A stretch of DNA of 64,000 nucleotides from Gekko japonicus. Taxonomy: Eukaryota. Positions 12,228 through 25,423 of the stretch are shown piece by piece (positions within the stretch are counted from its first letter, which is position 1; every line of letters begins with the position of its first letter). Below the pieces are notes generated by a model. That model saw nothing but the letters and a program-made list of their open reading frames with translations, made no database searches and was not told the DNA's origin. The stretch lies in the NCBI RefSeq assembly GCF_001447785.1, contig NW_015163611.1, positions 758,549-822,548 of the forward strand. Direction: 5' to 3'. The position numbers and the translations under genes were made by a program.

Positions 12228-12689
12228 TGTCAGCTAGCTGCCATGCTTTCTTTGTTTTCTTTCGTCCCTGACTTTTGCGCAGCTGCACATGCTTGCTTTG
12301 CTTAGCTACCGTGAATAATATAAGGGAGGCGCTCTCCCCCCCCCCCCCCCCGCCGACCGGGCCGACACAGAACGGCNNNNNNNNNNNNNNNNNNNNNNNN
12401 NNNNNNNNNNNNNNNNNNNNNNNNNNNNNNGGTGTGAATATTTCTGCTCTCAAGGGATTGGGCTGAGTCTCCCATTCATGATGTAATATCCTGCTGGGAG
12501 AATTCCTGTGTGTGCGTTTGGATTTCATTTGCATAGCTAGATGCAGCATCAGAGTATATGTATGGAGCCCCGTGCACTAATCGTTATTCCTGACAATGTA
12601 CCTGTACCACTTGGCAACAGACCAGTATTCCAATAAAACATAGCCTTTTCAGGAGAGTGTGTTTGGACCTGCTTGTGTTGACCCTGACA
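12228..12689 (+). repeat. 3' LTR of the Gypsy element (spans an N gap)
   Basis: Starts TGTCAG directly after the PPT 'gagggggcagaa', ends CTGACA, AATAAA at about 12632. Confidence 0.9.
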
Positions 12690-13994
12690 GCCTGTTCCAA
12701 ACTGTCCATCACCTGTAATCTGGTGTTCTTCTTTGCCTTTCAAATGTCTGAGACCCCAAACTGGTAACTTGGGGAGTTATGGCTGCTTGTCTTCTCCTGG
12801 TTGTTTATTCATACCATTTACAGGCTGCTTTTCTCCCTAAGATAGGGCTCAAGGCAACTTTAAAACATCCAGTGTTTTAAAACAGCAGAAATTAATCAAT
12901 GAGACTCCACTCCTCTCCTCATTTCGGCCCTGAATATTATATAACAGAGGCAGTAGCAGACCGAACACTCCAGAATACTCAGCCACTCCTGTTTTGTCTG
13001 ACTAATCCTTTTGTTGCCCTGGTTCCCTTGGCCCTTGCCTTTCTAGCCCAAAGATACTGTATTTGATTGTCGTTAGGAGACTGTGGTCTCTGGGGTTCCA
13101 GAGGTCTCTGCACCATGATTGTTGAATGAAACACAGTTGCTTGTGCAAGTGACAGTGATTAGTATAGGACTCTGAAAGCCTCCTCCGTAGAACAAAGTCA
13201 TAGGCACAGGTCAGGTATAATAACAACACATGGTTTCTTATAATGGGGATAAGTCTTCCCCTCCTCTCTCGACTTGTGCATGACTTGGAACCCTCCTCTC
13301 TTTTGATTCTTCTGGTTCAGTTTGACTTCTTCGCTCTTCACATAATCTAAATATAATTCCTTTTTTTCACACCACAGCTACTGTGGTCTAACAGGGTTAT
13401 AGTTTATCTTTTACTTGCTAAAACGGTTAATGCGTGATCGTACATTTGTTGGGTGTTTTTCAGATTGCTTGCCTCAAAGTACAACTTGTGTTGTTTCTAA
13501 GTTTCTGCTTGGTAAGCATTCACAGAGTCGCTCTGATAATTAGGTAATTTGAATTCAGGTAGGGATGTTAGATAACGTGTCCTGGGACAGTGTCCAGTTT
13601 GCCGTCAGATGATACATTCTGCTTTGGCTGAGAGTGTAATGGCCTTTTTATCACCGCTGTTCGCCTGCTCGGAGTGCACAAGCATGCGTGGGCTCTGTTT
13701 GCTTTCTCTTTCTCAAGAGAAGCAGCAGATGTTGACATTGAATATAGTGGAGAGGGAATAGGTAAAATAATGAAGTAAAATGGTAGCTTAATGGAATTAT
13801 TAATGAGATTTGTGTTCATATAATGAGCAAGGACTAGTTTTATTAGTATGAGATTTACTTGTGTAAACCTGTGCCAAAGATTTTTTAGAATTCTAGTCCT
13901 TGTCTAGTAAGGGGATTTGTAAAGTAATTCTTTTTAGGTGGTATTTTTGCATTTTGCAAGTGTTTGTGTGTGCATGTGTGTATGTGTGCCCATG

Positions 13995-14168
13995 CCTGGA
14001 AGTCATGACAACCTCTGGTGACTCCTCCTGGGGCAGGGAGCCTGCCTCTGCCTCCCGACCCTGGTATTATTTGGAAGCCTCCCATCCAAATACTTGCCAG
14101 GATCGGCCATGCTTAGCTTCCAAGATCTGACGAGATCGGGCTTCCCTGGGCTATCCAGGTCAGGGTAT
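13995..14168 (-). mobile_element. 5S rRNA-derived SINE (SINE3)
   Basis: Minus strand reads 'gcccgatctcgtcagatcttggaagctaagca...gtatttggatgggag', matching the vertebrate 5S rRNA internal control region, followed by a non-5S tail. Confidence 0.8.
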
Positions 14169-16539
14169 AAAGTAATTATTTGAATGTCTCTCTTTCTTCT
14201 GTTTTCTTCCAGCATGAGGTTCTTTTGGTGGGCAGGTCCACATGGAACAATGCCGCAAAGCAAGTGTTGATATTTAATGGCCTGAACTGTACCTTGAGGT
14301 GCTTTTGCAAGGAACAAAAACATACTCCTCCCCCAGATAAGGTAGAATAGAAATACATAGGGCTGTGCTGAAACTCTATGTTCTAAGTCACTGTGAAGTG
14401 GTGGTGGCTGAAAATCAGTTGAACACCGTTAATATCCTGTTTGAATGATTCTGCAGTACTTTATGCACTTTTGAGTTCTTAGCCTTCAAATGTCTTTTAA
14501 GTCATCTTTCTAAAATATGTATTTGCACCTTTTAATCATTATGTTCCATCATGTAGTCATTCCTGAGGTTTTTAACATAGATGTTTCTTTGAAGACCTAA
14601 AAACGCCATCCCGATGCTATTTGGGCTAAGATATCTAGATTTTAGAGATGTGAAGAGAGAAGTTTTCCTTTACAATTTCATTATGCCTAGCCTATAGCAA
14701 CCCATGCAGATATTAGATTGAAGTACGAGCAAAAATTAGTCCTTAAATGGCAGCAGCAAGTTTTAAACTTGTGGTTTAAAAATGGCAACTTGTGTAGCAT
14801 CACCTGCTTATAATTTTCTTTTTGAAAATATTCTCTTTACTATGACCAGATAAATAACACTTAGCCATGATTGGTTTTCTATTATTAGTACAGGAATCCG
14901 TACACAGACTGTGGCTGCAGTCCTTTGCCCATTTCCTTGGAAGCCTTACTAAATTTAGTGAGATTTACTTCAGAATAGATATGCATAGTATTACTGTGTA
15001 AATTACATGTCTCGTGGGAGCGGACAGATAAAGTATGTATCTCACACCCCATGCCAAGTGTTGATGGCGCCCAAATTCTTAACATGAGATCTTAAATCCA
15101 TATTTAATTCCACTGAGGTAAGTGACACTCAAATTGTTAAAAAGCAGCACTTGGTTAGTTTGCTGGACAGTTGACAGGGATTGGCTGTGATAATCAAATA
15201 CTGCTGAGTGACAGGGATGGTGAATACTGACATTTAACAGCACCGTTCCTAGGTATGATTCAGTAACTGCTTGGGCTGCTAACTTTGAGTTGGGAAATTT
15301 CTGGAGATTTGGGGTGTGGAGCCGAGGGAGAGGGGGGTTTGAGGAGGGGAGGGAGCTCAGCAGGATATTATGCCACAGAGTCAACCCTCCACCAGCCCTA
15401 CCTGAAAATTGGCAGCCTTATTAACTGCATTCAAACAAACCTCAATTTGTATATAACTGACATAACCATGGCTTGTTGTTGTTCTTCCCTCTTCCACATG
15501 CGTAGCATGACTGAAGGCTTCCTGGCCTTAGAAGCATTGAAATCAGACATTGATTAGCTGTGAGGTCCAGATGTAGGCAGCTGAGTTTTGAAGGTATAGT
15601 TCTATTGTGGAATCTCTGTTTATGGAAATTCTATTGTAGAATCTCTGCCAAGGCACCTCCATTTGGCTGACATACAAATTTTGAATTTGATTTAAGGTTT
15701 CTGAAACAAAGACATTCTTAGTTGCACTATATGTGGAGGAAAGGGAGGGCAGCAAGAATGGCAACAAAGTTTATGCCCATCACAGCTGGGCAGTGGTTTG
15801 TTTGCGATGTCTGAATGCAGCCATTGTGTGCAACTCTGCAGAATCCGACACTCACAAGGTCAAGGTCAACTGTACTGTATTGTATATAAAACTAATTTAC
15901 AACGGCTGTTAATACGTTCTGTTTCGGAAACGTGCTGACTTTGTGATATTTTATTGTAAATTCATGCTCAGCCTGGGGTGAATGATATTGGGTAAAATAT
16001 ATTGTACCTATAATTCATATTAATGGAAATTCAATAATAGCAACCTGTCATCTATTGAGATTAGAAATGAGTGCAGATGTTGTGCTATAAAAGCATTAAA
16101 AAGGCATTACAAATTAGGTTCTGCCTCAAACCACATTGTGTTCCTTATAAATAATTTAGGGCAAAGCTGGGCCTAGAAGTCTTTTGGATGGTCCATTTTT
16201 AGAGGCCCAGCAGTTACCTTCTACAGCTGACTGTGCACCATTGATCTGATTTATGGATTTCATAAATGCCATGGCCGTCTAATTTAATAAAGTTATCCAG
16301 TCTGTGTTTTTAAACAATGTACGTAGTACTTTTGGAAAGCGTTTCTTTCAAACTGAAATGAAATACTATGGCTTTTAATCATTGCACTGTAATATTTTGC
16401 CTCATTTTCCTGTGAAAACTTATTGTGCTTTCAGAATGTATGTGAGTGAATTTGTTTTGCATTATAATGAATACCCATATTTCATTTATGACTGTTTTGA
16501 TTTACCAGCCATCAGCTGAGTTCTTAAACCTTATTTGAC

Positions 16540-17260
16540 TATTTATTTCAATTGCTGTTCCGCTCCCTGCTTGGGGTGGGTAGCAACAGTTTAAAACCAC
16601 GAACCACCACAATACTAATAGTAAAACCGGCTGAATAAAATACCGAATTAAAAAGAGAGTGTATGAAAATGGATTCTTTCCCCCTCCTCTCCCAACTAAT
16701 CGCAGCTGTTAAAAACCACCCCAAATAACCAGTGCTTGAGGCACTTTGAGAAGAATAAATTTGGACAGGTTGGCTAAATGAGACAAGGAGCTGCACCGTT
16801 GTAATGTAACTTCCAAAAATGCCTCAATGTTACCTGGCTTGTTAAATGTTCCGCATCTGAATTACAATTAAGATAGTGGACTTGGTTGATCTTAAAGATG
16901 GAAGGGAGAAGGCAGTCGGTGTAACCTTTATAGAGCTTTTTCGCTCCGAGCCATCACCTGGAACTGTGCCTAGATATTGAGTAACCGGTGCAGGTGTTGG
17001 AGCAGTGATGTAATATGTTTTTGGCAGTTTATCCATGTAAATAGGAAGGCTCCTCCAACTGATGACCAAATGTTCTTCAAGGACAGCACAGCATGGAATG
17101 CTTTAGAATAATCCAGCCATGAGGCTATGAAGGCATGAATATTGGATCCAAATATGACAAAAATGGGTAGTGCCTCCTCACCAGTGTTTTAAAGTGTATT
17201 GGCTACCATCTCAAATCCTAGGCATGCTGGGGTGGATTTAAGAGAGCTCTATGAACTTAA
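16540..17260 (-). mobile_element. Old L2 LINE 3' fragment
   Basis: Minus-strand IHAFIASWLDYS (L2 'IHAFITSRLDYC'-like) near 17110-17145, and a (taaa)-type tail at about 16540. Confidence 0.5.
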
Positions 17261-18264
17261 ACATCCAGGGAGGTCTGAATGACTTGTATAATGAATGTCC
17301 CTATCATTAGCCCGGACTTGTCATAACGGGTGTTATTTATCCATTGTATTGATTTTTTTAAGAAATGTTAAAAGAGCTACATGGAAATGCATTAAAGGAC
17401 ACTAAAATTCGTCATTAAGGGCAGCTGCAACGAGAGTGAATTGTCAATGTACTTGCACAAAAGAAGCTGATTAATAACTTGGGGGTTTCTGCACAATTCT
17501 GCAACACTCCAGTAATGTGCCTCTCACAGTACTTAAGTTTATAATTTATGATCTGTAAGTGAGAGGGGTTTGGCATGAGGTGGTCCATAGATCTTTAAGT
17601 GTCTGTGACACAGTTCAAACTCTACTTTAAGTTTCCTATAAGGTTCACTAGAGAAGCAGATGCATTGCCATTTGGACGGACTAGCAAGTAGCAGCAACTG
17701 GAAAGCCCCCCCCCCTCCGATATTGCGCTTGTCAGGTTGTTCAGTGACAAAAGTTAGACGTTAAATCTGTACTTTGTACTCCTGCAGTATGGATTTTCCC
17801 CCCTCCCCTTCTCTCCTCTATGCTTTGACGTACTGTGAGTTATCATTGAAAAAGTAACTGCATGATCCTTGGTCAAGTGCCAGATTAAATTCAATTGTTA
17901 TTATGCCCAAGAAATGAATGTGACGTTGGCACTAATAATTATGTTCAGTTGAAAAGAAAGTTGGAGGGGGGGACGACCCTTCATCTCTTAAGCTGAAACT
18001 GCAGATAAGGGAAAGTCTGGTAATCGCGTATATCATTCTTCTAGTTCGTGCTTTTATTGATCTTGACAGGCTTGAAAGGTGCTAAGGTGTATTGTAGCCA
18101 AGCCTTTTAGCATTGAGTTGATCTGCAGGTCTAAACAGACAACCTTCTTTCAGTAAACTGTCTCTGCCAAATGTGAAAATCCAAATAATAGACACCTAGG
18201 CTCGTCACCTTAATCATCCCCACCTGAAAGCACCAGTTTATGTCCCCCGACTTATTTAATTCAT

Positions 18265-18782
18265 TTGCAAAATTATATCCCATATTTCTGTCTTTACAAG
18301 TACCGCCAAGGTAGAATTATTGATTCTATAAAGAAAGGTCGGATTATGACAAAACAAGAGCTAGAAAAGAAATACAAATTTAATATCAATTGGTATGAAT
18401 ATTTACAGTTTCACCATTTTGTTGAGTCCACTGGATTTCAGGAGTCTGTCCGAAGGTCTCTCAATGAGTTTGAATCTATCCTGTTTGAGCCCTATAAAAA
18501 AAAGACTTTAATATCAAGAATTTACAAAATTTTAAATAACAGTCATCGCAACATCAATCTGAACTATCAAGAAGCATGGTCAAAAGACCTTCAGTGCCAA
18601 ATCTCTGAGGGGCAATGGAAAGATATCTGGCAAAATCAGAACTCATCGTCAAAATCTTTATATATTATAGAGTCAAATATGAAGGTCATGTTGAGATGGT
18701 ACTTAACACCAACTAAACTAGCGCATATGATACCCACCATGTCGCCGCAGTGCTGGAAACACTGCGGATCTAAAGCAACTTA
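18265..18782 (+). pseudogene. L1/Tx1-clade LINE ORF2 C-terminal fragment running into an assembly gap
   Basis: WYEYLQ, LISRIYKIL, W..IW, KVMLRWYLTP.KL and CWKHC motifs typical of non-mammalian L1 ORF2. Confidence 0.8.
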
Positions 18783-20771
18783 NNNNNNNNNNNNNNNNNN
18801 NNNNNNNNNNNNNNNNNNNNNNNNNNNNNNNNNNNNNNNNNNNNNNNNNNNNNNNNNNNNNNNNNNNNNNNNNNNNNNNNNNNNNNNNNNNNNNNNNNNN
18901 NNNNNNNNNNNNNNNNNNNNNNNNNNNNNNNNNNNNNNNNNNNNNNNNNNNNNNNNNNNNNNNNNNNNNNNNNNNNNNNNNNNNNNNNNNNNNNNNNNNN
19001 NNNNNNNNNNNNNNNNNNNNNNNNNNNNNNNNNNNNNNNNNNNNNNNNNNNNNNNNNNNNNNNNNNNNNNNNNNNNNNNNNNNNNNNNNNNNNNNNNNNN
19101 NNNNNNNNNNNNNNNNNNNNNNNNNNNNNNNNNNNNNNNNNNNNNNNNNNNNNNNNNNNNNNNNNNNNNNNNNNNNNNNNNNNNNNNNNNNNNNNNNNNN
19201 NNNNNNNNNNNNNNNNNNNNNNNNNNNNNNNNNNNNNNNNNNNNNNNNNNNNNNNNNNNNNNNNNNNNNNNNNNNNNNNNNNNNNNNNNNNNNNNNNNNN
19301 NNNNNNNNNNNNNNNNNNNNNNNNNNNNNNNNNNNNNNNNNNNNNNNNNNNNNNNNNNNNNNNNNNNNNNNNNNNNNNNNNNNNNNNNNNNNNNNNNNNN
19401 NNNNNNNNNNNNNNNNNNNNNNNNNNNNNNNNNNNNNNNNNNNNNNNNNNNNNNNNNNNNNNNNNNNNNNNNNNNNNNNNNNNNNNNNNNNNNNNNNNNN
19501 NNNNNNNNNNNNNNNNNNNNNNNNNNNNNNNNNNNNNNNNNNNNNNNNNNNNNNNNNNNNNNNNNNNNNNNNNNNNNNNNNNNNNNNNNNNNNNNNNNNN
19601 NNNNNNNNNNNNNNNNNNNNNNNNNNNNNNNNNNNNNNNNNNNNNNNNNNNNNNNNNNNNNNNNNNNNNNNNNNNNNNNNNNNNNNNNNNNNNNNNNGAG
19701 GGGGAAATAAAGGTAGGTTGATGATTGGAAGGAGATAGGGTTGCCAACTCCAGGTGGGAAATTCCTGGAGATGTGAGGGATGGAGCCTGGAGAGGGTGAG
19801 GTTTCAGGAGGCGTGGGACCTCGGACAGGTACAAAGCCATAGACTCCACCCTCCAAACCTAGAACTTCATCTTTTGCCACCATTATTTGACTTAGTTCTT
19901 CAGATGGTGTCCCCCAAAGCCTGGTCCATGTATTTTTCTGTGTTCCATAGTGATGACAACACACAGTATTCATTTAGCTTGTCTGCAGTCTCCCTATATG
20001 CAGTCAGTACACACCCATGTTTTCTAAGAGTCCAGCATTTCCCCAATTGGCTTTATGTTTGTTATTTATTTAAATTAAGTGTTATTGTTTGTTTTAACAT
20101 GTGCAGCAACATATTCCTGACATTCTTTGTTCATTTGCCTTATTGTTGATTTGAATGTGCTTTGCATGAATTTGCGCTCTTTTTTGTTTTCCTCATTGGG
20201 GCAAGACTTTCGTTGTTTTTGTAAAGGGAAACTTCGTGCCTTGCATAACTTCCTTGACTCTGCTAGCTAAGGACTGATTATGCGCTGTCAGTCTGCAGAA
20301 TCACTGTTAAAATGTTCATTTTTTACAAATATGTGCACACAAACCCCACTATTACAGTTTCCACTACACAACTTGCTAATAATGATTTGAGGAGCGATGA
20401 GCAAAATTACAGTGAGGGTTTTGTGGCAAATATTTAACATCAGCCTGAATCAAGGTCATGTACAAAAACTGGCATACTTCCTTACAGCATGACCTAAATG
20501 AACTTGACACATAATTTACTCCTGAAAAGTATGCACATCAGGGTGGGCAAAACCACTGCTACAGTGCCAGTACAAATGCTGCCTATGAAACTAATTGGAG
20601 TTGTACGCTTGACTTCTGCAGAAGTGCCATGTAACCAGATGTGGCCTGCAGTGACAGAAGAAATTCCAGAGGGGGGGTCAGCTCTGTTTATCTGTTCCAG
20701 GAAAAAACAACAGTGATCTGTGGCACATTAAAGACTAACTGGTATAAACACCAGTGGTATAGACGGTGGAT

Positions 20772-20930
20772 GACTCAGGCTAACCCAACCTCGTCAAAAC
20801 TTGGAAGCTAATTAGGGTCAGTCCTGGTTAGTATTTGAATGAGAGACCACCAGAGAATTCCAGGATTGCTATGCAGAGGAAGGTAGTGGCTAACCTGTTG
20901 CAACTTGATGTTACTTTACATGCACACACA
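20772..20930 (+). mobile_element. 5S rRNA-derived SINE
   Basis: 'ctcgtcaaaacttggaagctaattagggtcagtcctggttagtatttgaatgagagacc' is 5S-like; ends in a (ca)n tail. Confidence 0.7.
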
Positions 20931-20934
20931 TAAA

Positions 20935-22004
20935 CAGTGGTTCTCAACCTTTCGTCTTTATGTTCCATCAACAACTCTGTCAAAGAACCTGGTCCCTACT
21001 GTAACTGAAACAAAATGACCACTTTCCCAGATGTCTGGGGCCGCCCCCAGACTTCCCCACCCTCCCCAGCTGCTACATAGAAGATGCACCTGGGTTGGCT
21101 GGGAGGGAAGGCCGACATCACAGGATGATGGGCGGTGCAGGAAACCCCCCAAACTTCCCTTCCTTTCCAGCTGTGACAAGTGGCATCCTGGGATGACAGG
21201 TAGCTGAGGGCAGCCTTGGCCACCCTTCAATGCTGTGGAGGGTCCTGAGCTTGGTAGCACCACTGCCAAATAGGGACATTCTGGCGGCACAGGACCCGAA
21301 GAAACAGACACTCCCAGACTTATGAGTTGGGGCCAGGGCTGAGACTGCAGGCAGGGCTGATAGTGGAGAAGAGGACCCGATTGGGGGCACCAGCCATTGG
21401 CAAGAAAGCACCTCAGGCAGAGAGAGTCCCGAGGGAGATTGGGGAGGGACGAACCCCACTGAAGGAAGCCACAGGGCAGGATGGGGGAAAGAGGCTGAGC
21501 CCACCCTTGCAGAAGGAGGGAAAGGCTGGGTGAGTCACTGACGGGGTCATAGGTGTTAAATCAACTGCTGTGATTGGGGAAGAGAAGAAGATTGAGGGAG
21601 ATGGAGCTAGGAAGGATGGGGACAATAAAAAGGGGGCAGAAGGGCCAGCCAAGGAGGAGAGGGAAAAGCCTGCATGCTGAAACTGCTGTCAGAACCAAAA
21701 GTGTGAAAGGACTAGAAGGGGCCATCTCTGAGTGCCTTCCAGCACCTTTCTGAGGCTGGCTGTGAGTAAAGGAGGGGCGTCTCCTATGGAAAAGGGTAGG
21801 GAACCCTCAGAGGAGTGATGGGAACCTCCCACAAATGACTTGCAGGCATTCTATTATTGTTGTTGTTGTTGTTATTAAAAATGAATAAACTGTGGCAGGC
21901 ATGTTACGCTTGCAGGTGGACATGGAGATTGAAGGAGAGTGAGTTTTTAGTGATTATTATGAAAACCTTGCCAATTTACTCATGCTACAGGTTGAGAACC
22001 ACTG
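20935..22004. mobile_element. hAT/Charlie-type MITE containing a nested solo LTR
   Basis: TIRs CAGTGGTTCTCAACCT (20935) and AGGTTGAGAACCACTG (ending 22004). A homologous terminus lies inverted at 45241-45299. Confidence 0.75.
21000..21908 (+). mobile_element. Solo LTR (probably Gypsy-type)
   Basis: TGTAAC...GTTACG termini, AATAAA at 21884, degenerate 5-bp TSD cctac/cttgc, purine-rich body. Confidence 0.65.
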
Positions 22005-23021
22005 GCCTAGAGCAAGCTTTAAGTGAAGGAAGGTGGGGGACGCTACACATGCACCATTAAGGGTTGCCAGGAGATTGTGGATTCCACTACCTTGTAGGAA
22101 TGCCTCTTTGCCTCCACCTATGTTCTGCTTGCAATTTTATAACTATAGGAAATATTCCAAAGCCCATATTAAAGTTCCACTGGTCTGTTATCTGAAGGAA
22201 ACCAGATGTAGGAAGTGGCTCTGGAACGTCTCTCATCACCTTACTGTAATATAGTGCAATTTCAGAATAATGTTTCCAGAAAGTTCCTTCTCAGTGTTAG
22301 CAATCTTCATTCTAATTTTTTCTTAACTGTTTGTGAAGGGAGCTGAGAAGAAAGATTGGAAACATAAACCAGAAATAGAAGGCTGGCAACTAATGATGCT
22401 CCAGTGCTGCATAAAGAAAGACTTTAATAGTACTAAGTGGGTATGTCTTGACAGGCTCCTAAGTGAGTCACATGTGACTGCAAACCTTGTTAGCTAAAAT
22501 GAGAAAAATCCATTGAAGAATAAACCTTGGGATAAGGTGGATAGCACACTGCTAACCAAGAAGCTAATATACTTTTTGTAACTGGTCCTCTCCTTTTAGT
22601 ATTTCTGGGGCAGAGGTGCCCCACTGGATCTCATTACACTTTTGAAAATCTCAGCTTTCGTTAGTGTAAAAAAAATTCCCTTGATTTAATTGTTATGGGA
22701 AAATACATTTGAATCTAATAGGTTTAATATTTGAAGGCATTTAAAATGTATCTTAATGCTGCCTACACCCACGTTACATTTTTGAGAAGCTGTTTTTTTT
22801 AAGTACCCATAGGTACCCTTTTATTATTTTTCATATTATACACATACATACAACATATAAACAAACAACCACTTACATATATAAGACATACACAGAGGTT
22901 TTATGTTGTTTGGTATTTGTAGTTACTGGAACATGTTTCATCACACCAAATACTTGGTGCATGATAACTCAGCCGTGTTTCTGAACAAAATGTTTTATGC
23001 AGAACCATAGAAGGTGATAAC

Positions 23022-23825
23022 TAGGGGTGTGCGTTCAGATCTAACTGAGCTGAAAATATATTTCGACATCCCAAATGTATCCAGGTTGTCTTGGGAAAAC
23101 AAAAAAAAAAATCCCCCCAAAAATCCAGATATATTCAGGAATTACCGGGTAGTTCCAAAAACAGTGGAGAGACAGTAGCAGATTGCCAGGGTGCCAGGAT
23201 GAGTAGACTGTTCCCGCTAGCTCATCTTGGGGTTGGCTTCTCCTGCAGCCTGGTTTAAACCACAGTGCAGGAGAAGCCAGCCCCAGGATCTGCTGTGCCG
23301 CGGGGAGCAATCTCCTAGCCACAGCACAGCAGATCTTGGGGCTGGCTTCTCATGAAACCAGGTTTAAATTGGACTGAGGGAGAACCCATCCCCGCCAGGA
23401 TCTTCATGCCACAGGGCACAATCTCCCTGCGGCACAGCTGATCCACAGGCTGGCTTCTCCTTCATCCCAGTGTAAACTGGACTTTAGAAGAAACCATCCC
23501 AGCCAGGATCTGCGTGCTGCAGGGCACAATCTCCCCATGGCACAGCAAATCTTGGAGCTGGCTTCTGCAGCCCGGTTTCAACCAGGCTGCAGGAGAAGCT
23601 GAACCAGCTACAGGACTGGGTTGGCTTTTTTCTTTTTCTTTTTAACCATTATTTTTCTTCTTGGGTCTATCAAACCTGAAAAAATTCAAGATTTTCAAAA
23701 AATATTGGATCTCAATACTGTACAGGTATTGGGATCTGGGATTTTTTTTGGAAATCCCAAAAAATTTTCAGGTCTAATAGACCTGAGAAGAAAAATACCA
23801 GATTTAAAAAAATTGCACACCCCTG
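23022..23825. mobile_element. Non-autonomous hAT element with an internal repeat array
   Basis: TIRs TAGGGGTGTGC / GCACACCCCTG, degenerate 8-bp TSD gtgataac/gcgataat, repeated 'gctggcttctc' units in both orientations. Confidence 0.75.
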
Positions 23826-25423
23826 GCGATAATTTATTTAGTTCATTTCTACTTTTGAACAATTTAATAAAAATACTCAATAAAGGCAAAATCGCCAGTA
23901 AAGATCTCTATGCCTTGTTAATTTCTAGAACAAATGGTAATTACTGGCTGAAGATCATCTTCTGTACATCCCCAGGCATATGGAGAGATGAAGCGTAACT
24001 CGGTGCAGTCTCGTTTTGGGATTAGTGGCTAGTCTTGGCTTCTCAGTAGAATAGTTGAGGACCCTTGGATTCTAGGCAGCCAAACGACTCATAAAAGAAA
24101 GATAGTTAGACCAGAGTTCTCAAACTGATGTAGGTCTATACTTCTATAGACAGCTATCTTCCTGATTCTTCCAGTGTTATTTAACAATTTAAGGAATTGC
24201 AAGTACAGAAAGGCCTTTGCCAATGCACACTTAAATATTTTACTGCTCGCTGTCTTGGAAGGTCATTTTAATGGGGTCCCATATAGGAAAAGTGTCTGCT
24301 CCTGTGATCAAAAGTTTATTGAGGATTAGTCCTACATCATATTCCAATGTCTAAGATATGAGGCAGAACATAGTAGATTTCTGTGGACCATAATATCCCA
24401 CTTCTCAGGAAGGTCAGATCAGGAGAAATTAGTCATATTATTGGCAGATAGGGACAAATTCATTACTTTGGAAATGTCAAGATTTCCTTCTGCCATCATA
24501 AAGGATGAAAACATGATGGGTTGTGCTGATGAAAGTATGTCTGACTCGCAACTGCCCCACTCTGGGTCACTTGTAATTTGTAATTCGTCTCTGGACTGTA
24601 TGCTCTTCCTTTCTTATTATTAGACATACTTTTAATGATGACTTTGTATTTTAATTCTTTCTGTAAAAATGCCCAATTCTTTATTATTTTATTAATGTTC
24701 AAATTTTATTTTGTTGGACATTTGCGTTTTACTTTGTATTGCTGCTATGGCTTTATTTTTTTGCTAATGCAATACAGATTGATTGATTTCTATATATATT
24801 TAAAGCACTTCTTGGAGATACCCAGGCTTTTGAGTATGTGACAGGTGCCCAAGGAAAGCAAGTTCCACCCCAATGGGAAAGTCACAGAGGGAATATGTCA
24901 TTGCTCTTTCTTGGCTTGCACACTCAGGAGCATTTTGGTTGTTTCCTTCTGCTAGTTTCTTGAACGTATGGAAGTATCTCAATTGCCCATTGTTCTAGTT
25001 CAGTACAGTCTATATGACGGGCAGTAGCTCTCCAATCTGTCAGGGCTTCCCATTGCCATGTGCTTATGGAAAAACCAAAGTAAGATCAAAGCAGCACTTC
25101 CTGATAATCTTAAAATGATAGCTATATATTGAATTGCTTTAACTATTTTGACTGTTTACTTGTTTATTTTTACTCTGTTTTTGAATGTTGATGTCTATTA
25201 CTCGTTTTATTGTTTGTTCATATATATTTTGATATTTCAATAAATGTTTATCCAAAAACAAAAAGAATACACCTCCCTCCCGCTCAAGTTTTCCCATCCT
25301 GCCCATTCTCCAGCACCATTGTTCTTCTGCACGTCTCCTTTTCTTTTTTCACCTTTCTCACAGTTTCTTGAAGTCAAGGTGTGTCTGTTTTAATCCCCCT
25401 TTTGTGGTGCAGTACTTAAAGGT

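Larger units (their letters stand above)
8554..12689 (+). mobile_element. Gypsy/Ty3 chromovirus-type LTR retrotransposon, defective (5' LTR and most of gag deleted)
   Basis: Domain order gag knuckle-PR-RT-RH-IN-chromodomain. Polypurine tract then a TG...CA LTR. 5-bp TSD GCCTG at 8549-8553 and 12690-12694. Confidence 0.95.

Noticed and set aside
14060-14165. 5S rRNA gene
   Set aside because: Lacks authentic 5S ends, is diverged and is fused to a retroposon tail.
18770-19973. Long ORFs of 359-481 aa in the ORF track
   Set aside because: Artefacts of the N gap; only 18265-18782 (L1 fragment) is real coding-derived sequence.
23200-23620. CRISPR-like repeat array
   Set aside because: Vertebrate DNA, repeats degenerate and in mixed orientation, no unique spacers or cas genes, enclosed by hAT TIRs.
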